41,388 nt of DNA, from positions 1 through 41,388 of the forward strand of contig DASZBP010000360.1 in the NCBI GenBank assembly GCA_035943915.1. The letters are read 5' to 3'. Made by a program: the position numbers and the translations under genes. A model generated the notes under the pieces. The model saw nothing but the letters and a program-made list of their open reading frames with translations, had not been told where the DNA came from and did not search any database. Below are positions 24,817-33,029 of this stretch, piece after piece; within the stretch, counting starts at the first letter, position 1, and each line of letters begins with the position of its first letter. Source of the DNA: Gaiellaceae bacterium. Its GTDB lineage: Bacteria; Actinomycetota; Thermoleophilia; Gaiellales; Gaiellaceae.

Positions 24817-25919
24817 GGCCGTCCTTTCCGCTGCGGCTCCGTCGAGCCTACGCCGCGGACGGGAACTTCGAGCCGTACCACCGTGCCGAACGGGAACGAG
24901 CGCAGCCGCACGCCTTGTCCGTAGTGCGCCGTCAGACGCAGGTTGACGTTCGCAAGGCCGATGCCGGTGCCCTCGCCGACGCCGGGCTCGAGCACGCGCT
25001 CGATCGCGTCGCGCGCGATCCCGCGCCCGTCGTCGCGCACCGTCACGCGCAGCTGCCCGCGCCGGACACGCGCGCGCACGAGCAGGTGCAGCGGCCTGTC
25101 GGTCTTGCCGTGCTTGATCGCGTTCTCGACGAGCGGCTGCACGAGCAGCGGCGGCAGGCGCACCGCCAGTGCGTCGGGTGCCGCGTCGATCGTCACCTCG
25201 AGCTGCGCGCCGAAGCGCGCCTGCTCGAGCGTGAGGTAGCTGCGCACGTGATGCAGCTCGTCTTCGAGCGTGACGAACTCGCCCGGGCGCGCAAGGCGGC
25301 GGCGCAGGTGGTCGGCGAACGCGACGACGAGCGTGCGGGCGCGCTCGGGATCGGTGCGGATGAACGACGCGATCGTGTTCAACGCGTTGAACACGAAGTG
25401 CGGCTCCATCTGCGCCTGCAGGGCGGTCGTCGTCGCGGTGTGCAGCTCGGACAGCTGCAGCTGCGCGGAGAGCTGGTCACCGAGCGCCTCGAGCGTCGTG
25501 ACGATCCCCTCGTCCAGCGGCGAGCCGTCGGTCGCGAACGCGACGAACGTGCCGGCCGGCCCGTCGCTCAGCCGCAGCGGGACGACCGCAGCGGAGCCGA
25601 GCGGGCAGGCGGGATGCCCGCACTCGACGCGGAGCGCGAGCGGCGCGAGCAGTAGGCGATCCTGCGCAAGGGCCTCGTACACCGGCCGGATCGGCGCGTC
25701 GCCCTCGCCGTGGTGGTCGGCGCCGGCGCCGACGAACGCGAGCACCTGCTGGCGGTCGGTCACGGCCACCGCGCCGAGGCCGAGCTTCTCGAACAGCTCG
25801 TAGGCGACGAGGCGGGCGGCGCTCTCCGTCAGCCCACGCCGAAGCTCGGGGAGCGTCGCTTCGAGCAGCTCCAGCACCGGCGCCTGGCGCCGCGCCGGCC
25901 GTCTGCGCACACGCGGCAT
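24804..25919 (-). CDS. Soluble LytS-type sensor histidine kinase (GAF-like + His_kinase PF06580-type H-box + HATPase_c), no transmembrane domain
   Basis: 371 aa from ATG 25919. H-box EPHFVFNALNTIASFI. N-box LVENAIKHG. G-boxes DDGRGI and GTGIGLANV. No hydrophobic segments. Confidence 0.82.
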   Translation of the reverse strand: MPRVRRRPARRQAPVLELLEATLPELRRGLTESAARLVAYELFEKLGLGAVAVTDRQQVLAFVGAGADHHGEGDAPIRPVYEALAQDRLLLAPLALRVECGHPACPLGSAAVVPLRLSDGPAGTFVAFATDGSPLDEGIVTTLEALGDQLSAQLQLSELHTATTTALQAQMEPHFVFNALNTIASFIRTDPERARTLVVAFADHLRRRLARPGEFVTLEDELHHVRSYLTLEQARFGAQLEVTIDAAPDALAVRLPPLLVQPLVENAIKHGKTDRPLHLLVRARVRRGQLRVTVRDDGRGIARDAIERVLEPGVGEGTGIGLANVNLRLTAHYGQGVRLRSFPFGTVVRLEVPVRGVGSTEPQRKGRPCAP

Positions 25920-25928
25920 GATCGGATT

Positions 25929-26489
25929 GTGCACGTCGACGAGGATCTGCTCCGGCCGCTCATCGCGCAATTCGGCCCGCCCGCCCGGCTCGACTGGGAC
26001 GGAGACGTCACGGAGGCCGAGTATCGGCTCGCCACCTACAACCCTCGGCGCCGGCACGACGTGACGCTGTTCATCCTCGATCTGGCAAATCGAATCGCGC
26101 TGATCCGGAAGCCGCATTTCGCCGAAGGCATATGGCGCCCGCCCGGCGGCGGCGTCCTGCCGGGGGAGCAGGTCGTCGCCGGCGCGGTGCGCGAGTCGCT
26201 CGAGGAGACCGGCCTGCGCGTCGAGATCGAGCGCTACCTCGTGGATGCGCACGCGACCTTTCGCTGGGACGGCGAGGTGCTGCCGTGGCGCACGCACGTC
26301 TTGCTCGCGCGCACGGCCGACGCGGAGCTCGCGCCGCAGGACCCGACTGAGATTGCCGGGGCGCGCTGGGGGACCCTCGACGAGCTCGCGGGGCCGCTGC
26401 GCGACCGGCTTCTCTCAACCGGCCGCGCGTTGTGGCGGTATCGCGTCGCGCTGCACGACGCCGCGCTCGCTTCTTACTCGGACGGCTGA
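25929..26489 (+). CDS. NUDIX hydrolase
   Basis: Nudix box GGGVLPGEQVVAGAVRESLEETGL. GTG 25929 is the first plausible start clear of the divergent kinase gene. Confidence 0.8.
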   Translation: MHVDEDLLRPLIAQFGPPARLDWDGDVTEAEYRLATYNPRRRHDVTLFILDLANRIALIRKPHFAEGIWRPPGGGVLPGEQVVAGAVRESLEETGLRVEIERYLVDAHATFRWDGEVLPWRTHVLLARTADAELAPQDPTEIAGARWGTLDELAGPLRDRLLSTGRALWRYRVALHDAALASYSDG

Positions 26490-26872
26490 ACGACGATCAG
26501 CGAGTTGCCGTCGGGGTCGCGCAGCCAAAACATCGGCGGCACGTTTCCGCCGTAGCGGGTGACCTCGTCGTCGACGTCCACACCGGCGCCCTTCAGCGCT
26601 GCGTGATCCGCGTCGACGTCGGACGTGTCGAGGCAGATCCCCGTCTGCTGGCCGCCGGCCTGCTGGCCCTGTGGCGGCGGAGCGAGCGCGATGTTCGTCT
26701 CGTGGCCGTTCGGCTTCACCTCGACCCAGCGCATGTCCGGGCCCATCGGGACGTCGACGACCTTCTCGAAGCCGAGCGTGTTGACGTAGAAGTCGATCGC
26801 GCGATCGGTGTCCGAGATCGTGATGCAGACGCGGCCGACGTGCGTTGCCTGCAGCTTGGTGGCGGTTGCCAT
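26474..26872 (-). CDS. VOC family protein (glyoxalase/bleomycin-resistance/dioxygenase fold)
   Basis: 132 aa. HVGRVCITISDTDRAIDFYVNTLGF and C-terminal FWLRDPDGNSL are typical of the family. Confidence 0.82.
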   Translation of the reverse strand: MATATKLQATHVGRVCITISDTDRAIDFYVNTLGFEKVVDVPMGPDMRWVEVKPNGHETNIALAPPPQGQQAGGQQTGICLDTSDVDADHAALKGAGVDVDDEVTRYGGNVPPMFWLRDPDGNSLIVVQPSE

Positions 26873-26901
26873 GGTGTTCGAGCCTCCTGCTTGTCGGGTC
26901 G

Positions 26902-27372
26902 TCAGTAGGACGATGAAAGCTGCTGCGACTCATCGGTGAGCGCGTACCGCAGCTCGACCTCGCCGGACTCGTCGCGCTCTCCGGTCGGCCGCCAGCCGCG
27001 CCGCTCCCAGAAACGACGCCCTCGTTCGTTCGCCTCGAGCACCCACAACGTGGCCGGTACGCCCGCGACCTCGACGATGCGCGCGTACAACGCGTCGGCG
27101 ACACCTGTGCCCCACGCCTCCGGCACGACGTAGAGCGCCTCGACGTGACCGGGACGCGCGGCGGCGTAGCCGAGATCGTCGACGAGGAAGACGCGCGCGT
27201 CGGGGTCGGCGAGCAGCCGCGTGTAGCGACGGCGAACACCGTCCTCCGGATAGGGCGCGTCACCGAAGAGCTCCGCAAACGCCGTGGTTGCGGCGACGCG
27301 GTTGATCGCGACGATCGCGTCTAGGCCTTCCGCGCCCGGACCGCAGTCCCGTATGCGCAGATCTCCGTCCAC
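26902..27372 (-). CDS. GNAT family N-acetyltransferase
   Basis: 156 aa. Acetyl-CoA loop VVPEAWGTGVADAL and FWERRGW tail. GTG start overlaps the YbjQ gene by 52 nt. Confidence 0.78.
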   Translation of the reverse strand: MDGDLRIRDCGPGAEGLDAIVAINRVAATTAFAELFGDAPYPEDGVRRRYTRLLADPDARVFLVDDLGYAAARPGHVEALYVVPEAWGTGVADALYARIVEVAGVPATLWVLEANERGRRFWERRGWRPTGERDESGEVELRYALTDESQQLSSSY

Positions 27373-27641
27373 ATGTCGCCCATCTCGGAGGTGTCGAAGC
27401 GCATCGCGACGATCGCGTTCGCGCCCTTCGCCTCGGCCTCGCCGACCATCCGCTGGATGACTTCCTCGCGGCTGTCCGCCAGCGCCTTCGTCATGCCCTT
27501 CAGCTCACCGCCGAACATCGACTTGAGCCCGGCACCCATCTGCGAGAACGCGTTGCGCGAGCGCACGGTAAGCCCGAACACCTCGCCGAACACCTCTTCG
27601 ATCACATAGCCGGGGAGCTCGTTCGTCGTTGCGATCAACAT
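27321..27641 (-). CDS. YbjQ/UPF0145 (DUF74) family protein
   Basis: 106 aa. MLIATTNELPGY...GEVFGL...GANAIVAMRFD pattern is diagnostic. Confidence 0.88.
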   Translation of the reverse strand: MLIATTNELPGYVIEEVFGEVFGLTVRSRNAFSQMGAGLKSMFGGELKGMTKALADSREEVIQRMVGEAEAKGANAIVAMRFDTSEMGDMWTEICAYGTAVRARKA

Positions 27642-28273
27642 GCTTCAACCACCTCCAGGACGCCGGGGATCGACGTGACGCGGGGACCATCCCACTCTCG
27701 CACCTCCGGCCACAAGGGATCCTCGCCGGGACGGTGGATGAGGATCGCGTCCATGCCGACGCGGCGCGCTCCGGCGAGCTCGTCGTTCGCGCCGTCGCCG
27801 ACGAACACGGCTTCGCCCGGCTCGACGCCGAGCCGCTCGCAGCAGGCGAGGTAGATGCGCGGGTCGGGCTTCGACGCGCCGAACGACGGCGAGAAGACCT
27901 CCGCATCGAACAGGCCCGCGAACTCGGACTCGGGCCAGAGCGTCTCGATGTCCTCGCTGCAGACGGTGATCAACCCGAGCTTGATGCCGTCCTCGCGCAG
28001 CTTGCGCAGCGTGTCGACCGCGCCCTTGCGCGGCACGAGGCAGCGGCGTAGGTACTCGCGCCGCAGGTCGCACACGCGTTCCATGTGCTCGTCGCTCACC
28101 CCGGCTTCGGCGAGCGCTGCACGGATCGGGCCGTTGTACTTCGCGGTCGACCGCTGCCAGCGGTCCCGAAAGTCGGCGCCGACGACCGCCTCCAGGTCGG
28201 CGTTCAGCTTCTCGGTCGACTCGCGGTCCCAGTCGATCAACGTCTCCCACAGGTCGAAGACGACGGCTTTCAC
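27635..28273 (-). CDS. HAD-superfamily hydrolase, subfamily IA-like, non-canonical motif I
   Basis: VVFDLWETL (Asp nucleophile, with Trp where the second Asp normally sits), SKPDP and FVGDGANDELAG. Start is GTG 28273 (GTGA overlap) or GTG 28279. Confidence 0.8.
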   Translation of the reverse strand: MKAVVFDLWETLIDWDRESTEKLNADLEAVVGADFRDRWQRSTAKYNGPIRAALAEAGVSDEHMERVCDLRREYLRRCLVPRKGAVDTLRKLREDGIKLGLITVCSEDIETLWPESEFAGLFDAEVFSPSFGASKPDPRIYLACCERLGVEPGEAVFVGDGANDELAGARRVGMDAILIHRPGEDPLWPEVREWDGPRVTSIPGVLEVVEAC

Positions 28274-29553
28274 ACGCACGACTGCAACACCTCCCAGGTT
28301 CGGCGAATGTCGTCCTCGGTCGTGCTCGCGTTGCCGATCGCGATGCGGATCGTGTCCACGCCGCGCAGGCGCGTCGCGGCGAGGAACACCTCGCCCGTTG
28401 CACTCGCGCGAGCCGCGAGGTCGAAGTTGTCGCTGCCGGCGTGCCGGAAGCAGACCGTCGAGAACGGATGCGGTGCGACGATCTCCCAGCCTGGCTCGTC
28501 CTCCACCCACGTAGCGAACAGCTGCGCGAGCCGGACGTGCTCGCGGATGAGCGCGCGCAGCCCCTCGGCGCCGTACCAGCGCAGCACGAACCAGAGCTTC
28601 AGCGAACGGAAGCGCCGCCCGAGCGCAGGCCCGTAGTCCTTGATGTCGACCGCTTCCGGCGTCGCGGCGAGGTACTCGGGCACGAGCGCGAACGCCTCGT
28701 GAAAGGCCTCCGGCCGCCGTGTCCACATCGCGGAGCAGTCCATCGGGGTGAACAGCCACTTGTGCGGGTTGATGACGAGCGAGTCTGCACGGTCGACGCC
28801 GTCGAGCGACCAGCGGAACTCGTCGCACACCCAGGCCGAGCCGGCATACGCCGCATCGACGTGCAGCCACACGTCCGCCTCGCCGCATCGCTGCGCCAGC
28901 GCGGCGACCGGATCGACCGACGTCGTGCCGGTCGTGCCGACGGTGGCGACGACCGCCGTTGCGTCGTCGAGCGGGAAGTCGGCGCGCATGCGGTACGCGT
29001 CGTCCGTCTCCACGGTGCGGTACTCGAGGCCGACGAGGCGCGCTGCCTTCTCGACGCTGAAGTTCGCCTGGTCGGAGGCGTAGACGACGCCGCCCGGCTT
29101 GCGCGTGCGCGCCGCGGCGAGCGCGGCGATCGTGGCGGTCGACGCGGTGTCCTCGATGTGGCCGTGCCAGCCGCGCGGCAGCCCGATGAGCTGCGCGAGC
29201 CAGTCCATCACGGTGACCTCGAGCTCGGTCGCGGCCGGCGACGACAGCCAGGTGAACGCGTTGACGTTGAGCGCCGCGATCAGCAGCTCGGCGAGCACAC
29301 CCGGCTCGGAGCCGGTGTTCGCGAACCACGCGTAGAAGCGCGGGTGGTTCCAGTGCGTGAGACCCGGGACGATGATCTCGTCGAGGTCGCGCAGCATCGC
29401 CTCGAACGGCTCGCCTTGCTCCGGCGGCGCGTCCGGCAGCTGCGCACGGATGTCGCCGGGCTGCACGCGCGCCTGCACCGGCAGATCGCCGACGCGCTCG
29501 AGGAAGTCGGCCGCCCAGTCCGACGCGCGGTGCAGGTCGTCGCGATACGTCAT
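28270..29553 (-). CDS. Group II PLP-dependent decarboxylase, aromatic-L-amino-acid decarboxylase-like
   Basis: 427 aa from ATG 29553 (ATGA overlap with polX stop). THWNHPRFYAWFA, SSPAATELEVTVMDWL and PLP-lysine context NPHKWLF. Confidence 0.88.
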   Translation of the reverse strand: MTYRDDLHRASDWAADFLERVGDLPVQARVQPGDIRAQLPDAPPEQGEPFEAMLRDLDEIIVPGLTHWNHPRFYAWFANTGSEPGVLAELLIAALNVNAFTWLSSPAATELEVTVMDWLAQLIGLPRGWHGHIEDTASTATIAALAAARTRKPGGVVYASDQANFSVEKAARLVGLEYRTVETDDAYRMRADFPLDDATAVVATVGTTGTTSVDPVAALAQRCGEADVWLHVDAAYAGSAWVCDEFRWSLDGVDRADSLVINPHKWLFTPMDCSAMWTRRPEAFHEAFALVPEYLAATPEAVDIKDYGPALGRRFRSLKLWFVLRWYGAEGLRALIREHVRLAQLFATWVEDEPGWEIVAPHPFSTVCFRHAGSDNFDLAARASATGEVFLAATRLRGVDTIRIAIGNASTTEDDIRRTWEVLQSCV

Positions 29554-31259
29554 CGCTTCTTTCTCAGCTTCTCGATCTGCTTCCACGTGCGCGTGTTGAC
29601 GACATCATCCTTCGTCAGCCATGCACGCCGCGCCTGGCCGACGCCGAGCTCCACGTAGTCGAGCGCGGCGATCTGGTGACCGTCGGAGTCGATGACGAGC
29701 TTGAGCCCGGCCTCGCGTGCGGCCCGCGCGTGCACGTCGCTGAGGTCGAGGCGGTCGGGCTGCGAGTTGATCTCGAGGAACGTGCCGGTCTCGATCGCCT
29801 TCTCGATGACGCGCTCGACGTCGATCGTCGACGGCGGGCGCTTGCCGATCCTGCGGCTGGTCGGGTGCCCGATCACGTCGACGTACGGGCTCTCCATGGC
29901 TGCGAGCACGCGCTCGGTCGGGCGGTCGTCGAAGCGCGAGTGCACCGACGCGACGACCCAGTCGAGCGTCGCGAGATCCTCGTCGGCAACGTCGAGTGAG
30001 CCGTCGGCGCGGATGTTCACTTCGATGCCCGTCAGGATCTGCAGCGGCTTGACGATCTCGTTGAGCGCGTCGATCGCCTCGTGCTGCTGCTTGAGCAGGT
30101 CGCCGCGCAGCCGCTGCGAGTGGTCGCAGATCGCGTAGTACGCGTAACCCTTCTTGATCGCGGTCGCGACCATGTCCTCGAGCGTGTCCTTGCCATCCGA
30201 CCACGTCGTGTGCGTGTGCAGGTCGCCGCGGATGTCCTTCAGCTCGACGAGGGCCGGCAGCTCGCCCTTGCGCGCGGCAGTGAGCTCGCCACCGTCCTCG
30301 CGCAGCTCGGGCGGGATCCAGTCGTAGCCGAGGAACCGGTAGACCTCTTCCTCGGTTGCGAACGAATGCTCTTCGCCGGACTCGACCTCGGTGACGGAGT
30401 ACTCGGACACCGAAAGACCCTTGCGGACCGCGCCTTCGCGCAGCGCGATGTTGTGGTCCTTCGAGCCGGTGAAGTGCTGCAGCAGGTTGCCGTAGCTCTC
30501 CGGCGGGACGACCCGCAGGTCGAAGCGGAGGCCGTCATGCGACACGACCGTCGCCTTCGTCGAGCCTTTCGCAGCGACGTCCACGACCCACTTGAGCGAG
30601 CAGAAGTAGTCGACGAGCGCCTGCGGATCGGTCGCGGTGGCGATGATGTCGAGGTCGCGCACGGTCTCGCGCATGCGGCGCGCGGAGCCGGCCAGATCGA
30701 CCTCGACGGAAGCCGGATGCTCGCGGAGGACCTCGACGACAGCTCGAAGCTTGGGCAGCGTGTTGCCGAGCAGCGCCCGCACGGGGCCTTCGGCAGCCTC
30801 GGGCCGCGCGAGCGCCTCGGCGATCTTCTGCTCGGTGCCGGGGCCGATCCCGGCGCTCCCCTTCAGCTTCCCGGCTTCGGCGGCGGCCTTGAGGTCGGCG
30901 ACGGTGACGATGCCGAGCTCTTGCCAGATGCGCCGCGCGGTCTTCGGGCCGAGGCCCGGCAGGCGCATGAACTTCGCCACCTCCTCCGGGACTTCGGCCT
31001 TGCGCTTGGTCAGCGCGTGGATCTCGCCGTCGTTGACGACCTCGACGATCTTCTCCTGGATCGTCTTGCCGATGTCCTGCAGCTGGACGGCCGTGCCGTC
31101 GAGCGCGAGCTGCGCGACCGAGGTGGCCGTCTCGCGGATCCGGGCGGCGGCGCGGCGGTAGGCGCCCACACGGAAGCTGTCGCCGCCGTTCAGCTCCATC
31201 AGGTCGCCGAGCAGGTCGAACTGCGCCGCTAACACGTCGTTCCTCGGAAGTTCACTCAT
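29550..31259 (-). CDS. polX: Family X DNA polymerase with C-terminal PHP phosphoesterase domain
   Basis: 569 aa. HhH LPGLGPKTA, catalytic GSARRMRETVRDLDII, PHP HTHTTWSDG. Confidence 0.92.
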   Translation of the reverse strand: MSELPRNDVLAAQFDLLGDLMELNGGDSFRVGAYRRAAARIRETATSVAQLALDGTAVQLQDIGKTIQEKIVEVVNDGEIHALTKRKAEVPEEVAKFMRLPGLGPKTARRIWQELGIVTVADLKAAAEAGKLKGSAGIGPGTEQKIAEALARPEAAEGPVRALLGNTLPKLRAVVEVLREHPASVEVDLAGSARRMRETVRDLDIIATATDPQALVDYFCSLKWVVDVAAKGSTKATVVSHDGLRFDLRVVPPESYGNLLQHFTGSKDHNIALREGAVRKGLSVSEYSVTEVESGEEHSFATEEEVYRFLGYDWIPPELREDGGELTAARKGELPALVELKDIRGDLHTHTTWSDGKDTLEDMVATAIKKGYAYYAICDHSQRLRGDLLKQQHEAIDALNEIVKPLQILTGIEVNIRADGSLDVADEDLATLDWVVASVHSRFDDRPTERVLAAMESPYVDVIGHPTSRRIGKRPPSTIDVERVIEKAIETGTFLEINSQPDRLDLSDVHARAAREAGLKLVIDSDGHQIAALDYVELGVGQARRAWLTKDDVVNTRTWKQIEKLRKKR

Positions 31260-31266
31260 CGCAGCG

Positions 31267-31272
31267 ATGATA
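31267..31272 (-). promoter_or_regulatory. Candidate -10 hexamer TATCAT (minus strand), 7 nt upstream of the polX ATG at 31259
   Basis: TANNNT match. The hexamer is the reverse complement of the first two codons (ATG ATA) of the divergent GT2 gene. Confidence 0.35.
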
Positions 31273-31986
31273 GGCCTCGACTTGCGCGCCACGATCTGCC
31301 TGCCGACGTACAACGAACGAGAGAACCTGCCGCGCCTGGTGGGGGCGCTCGCGGGCGTGCTGCGGGAGGGCGACCGGGTGCTCGTGATCGACGACGCCTC
31401 CCCGGACGGGACGGGCGCGATCGCCGACCGCCTGGCGGAGGAGCACGGGTTCGTCGACGTCCTCCACCGTGGGGCGAAGGACGGCCTGGGCCGCGCGTAC
31501 ATCGACGGCTTCCGACATGTCCTGCAAGGCGACGCGGAGCTGATCCTCGAGATGGACTGCGACTTCTCGCACGACCCTGCCGACGTGCCGCGACTGATCG
31601 CCGCCGCCGAGGAGGGCGCTGACCTGGTGCTCGGCTCGCGCTATGTCGCGGGTGGCGGGACGCGCAACTGGGGCCTCGCCCGGCGCCTGATCTCGCGGGG
31701 CGGATCCGTCTACACGGCGCTCTTCCTGAACATGGGCGTCAAGGACCCAACGGGCGGCTTCAAGTGCTTCCGCCGCGCTGTACTCGAGCGGCTGGATCTC
31801 GACGCGGTGACGCCGCGTGGCTACGCGTTCCAGATCGAGATGACCTATCGCGTGAAGCGGCTCGGCTTCCGGGTGGTCGAGATCCCGATCACGTTCGCCG
31901 ACCGCGAGGTCGGGCAGTCGAAGATGAGCCGGGCAGTCGTCCTCGAGGCGATCTGGCGGGTCCCGCTGCTTCGCGCCCGCGTGTAG
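31267..31986 (+). CDS. GT2 polyprenol-phosphate mannosyltransferase (Ppm1/DPM1-like)
   Basis: ICLPTYNERENL, IDDASPDGTG, MDCDFSHDP. Alternative start at TTG 31282. Confidence 0.85.
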   Translation: MIGLDLRATICLPTYNERENLPRLVGALAGVLREGDRVLVIDDASPDGTGAIADRLAEEHGFVDVLHRGAKDGLGRAYIDGFRHVLQGDAELILEMDCDFSHDPADVPRLIAAAEEGADLVLGSRYVAGGGTRNWGLARRLISRGGSVYTALFLNMGVKDPTGGFKCFRRAVLERLDLDAVTPRGYAFQIEMTYRVKRLGFRVVEIPITFADREVGQSKMSRAVVLEAIWRVPLLRARV

Positions 31987-31995
31987 CCTCGACAC

Positions 31996-32307
31996 ATGCG
32001 CGACGTCACCGACGAGACGTTCGAGGCGGAGGTGCTGCAGGCGGGAAAGCCCGTCATCGTCGACTTCTGGGCGCCGTGGTGCGGGCCGTGCAAGGCGATC
32101 GCGCCGGCGCTCGAAGAGCTCGCGAAGTCGTCTCCGAATGCAGAGTTCGTGAAGATCGACATCGACGAGAACCCCGTCGCCGCATCGCGGTACGACGTGC
32201 TGTCGATCCCCACCGTGATCCTGTTCGCCGACGGCGAGCCGCGCGAGACGCTGATCGGCGCGCGGCCGCGCGTGCAGTACGAGCGCACGTTCGCCGAGTA
32301 CCTGTAG
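31996..32307 (+). CDS. trxA: Thioredoxin
   Basis: 103 aa with WAPWCGPCK active site. Confidence 0.95.
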   Translation: MRDVTDETFEAEVLQAGKPVIVDFWAPWCGPCKAIAPALEELAKSSPNAEFVKIDIDENPVAASRYDVLSIPTVILFADGEPRETLIGARPRVQYERTFAEYL

Positions 32308-32309
32308 GC

Positions 32310-33020
32310 GTGTACGACTTCGTCGCGGTCGGCGACGTGATGCTCGACGTCCACGTGCCCGCAGCGGAGGGGCGCGTGCACGCCGACGCGCGGGTCGTAG
32401 TGGGCGGGTCGGCGATGAACGCCGCCCTCGCCGCGGCGGAGCTCGGAGCGCGCGCCTGCGTCGTGGGTTGTGTCGGCGATGACGTCGCCGGGCGCGCGGT
32501 GCGCGAGAAGCTCGGGATCGACGCGCGATTCGAGCTCGGGGAGCGAACCGGCACCGCGGTGTATGTCGGAGACTCCGTGGTCGCCGACCGCGGCGCGAAC
32601 GCCGGTTTCGTCCCGCGCGACGTCCCCGCCGCGCACGTCACGCTCGTCTCTGGGTACCTCGACACGGAAGGCATCCATGCCGCTGTTGCACTGGCGAGCG
32701 GACTGGTCGCGGTCGACCTCCAGGGGCGCGCGCACGACTTGCCGCACGTCGACGTCTTGTTCGGCGAAGGTGACGCGGACGTCGTCGTGCTCACGCGCGG
32801 TGCGGGCGAAGCCGAGGCGCGACGAGGCGACGAGGTCGCACGTGTGCGTCCGCCGAGCGTGCCCGAGCCTCCGCCGGGTGCCGGCGACCGGTTCGCGGCT
32901 GCGTTCCTGCTCGCGCTCACCGCTGGACGCGCGCTGCAGGACTGCCTCGAGCACGCGATCGCGTTCGCCAGCCGATCCCCTCACCGACCAGACACGTGTC
33001 TGGCACCTGAATGGCACTAG
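32310..33020 (+). CDS. PfkB/ribokinase-family sugar kinase (short)
   Basis: GTG 32310. VAVGDVMLDV N-terminus and GAGDRFAAAFL C-terminal signature. 236 aa is short for the family. Confidence 0.7.
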   Translation: MYDFVAVGDVMLDVHVPAAEGRVHADARVVVGGSAMNAALAAAELGARACVVGCVGDDVAGRAVREKLGIDARFELGERTGTAVYVGDSVVADRGANAGFVPRDVPAAHVTLVSGYLDTEGIHAAVALASGLVAVDLQGRAHDLPHVDVLFGEGDADVVVLTRGAGEAEARRGDEVARVRPPSVPEPPPGAGDRFAAAFLLALTAGRALQDCLEHAIAFASRSPHRPDTCLAPEWH

Positions 33021-33029
33021 CATCGGCTG

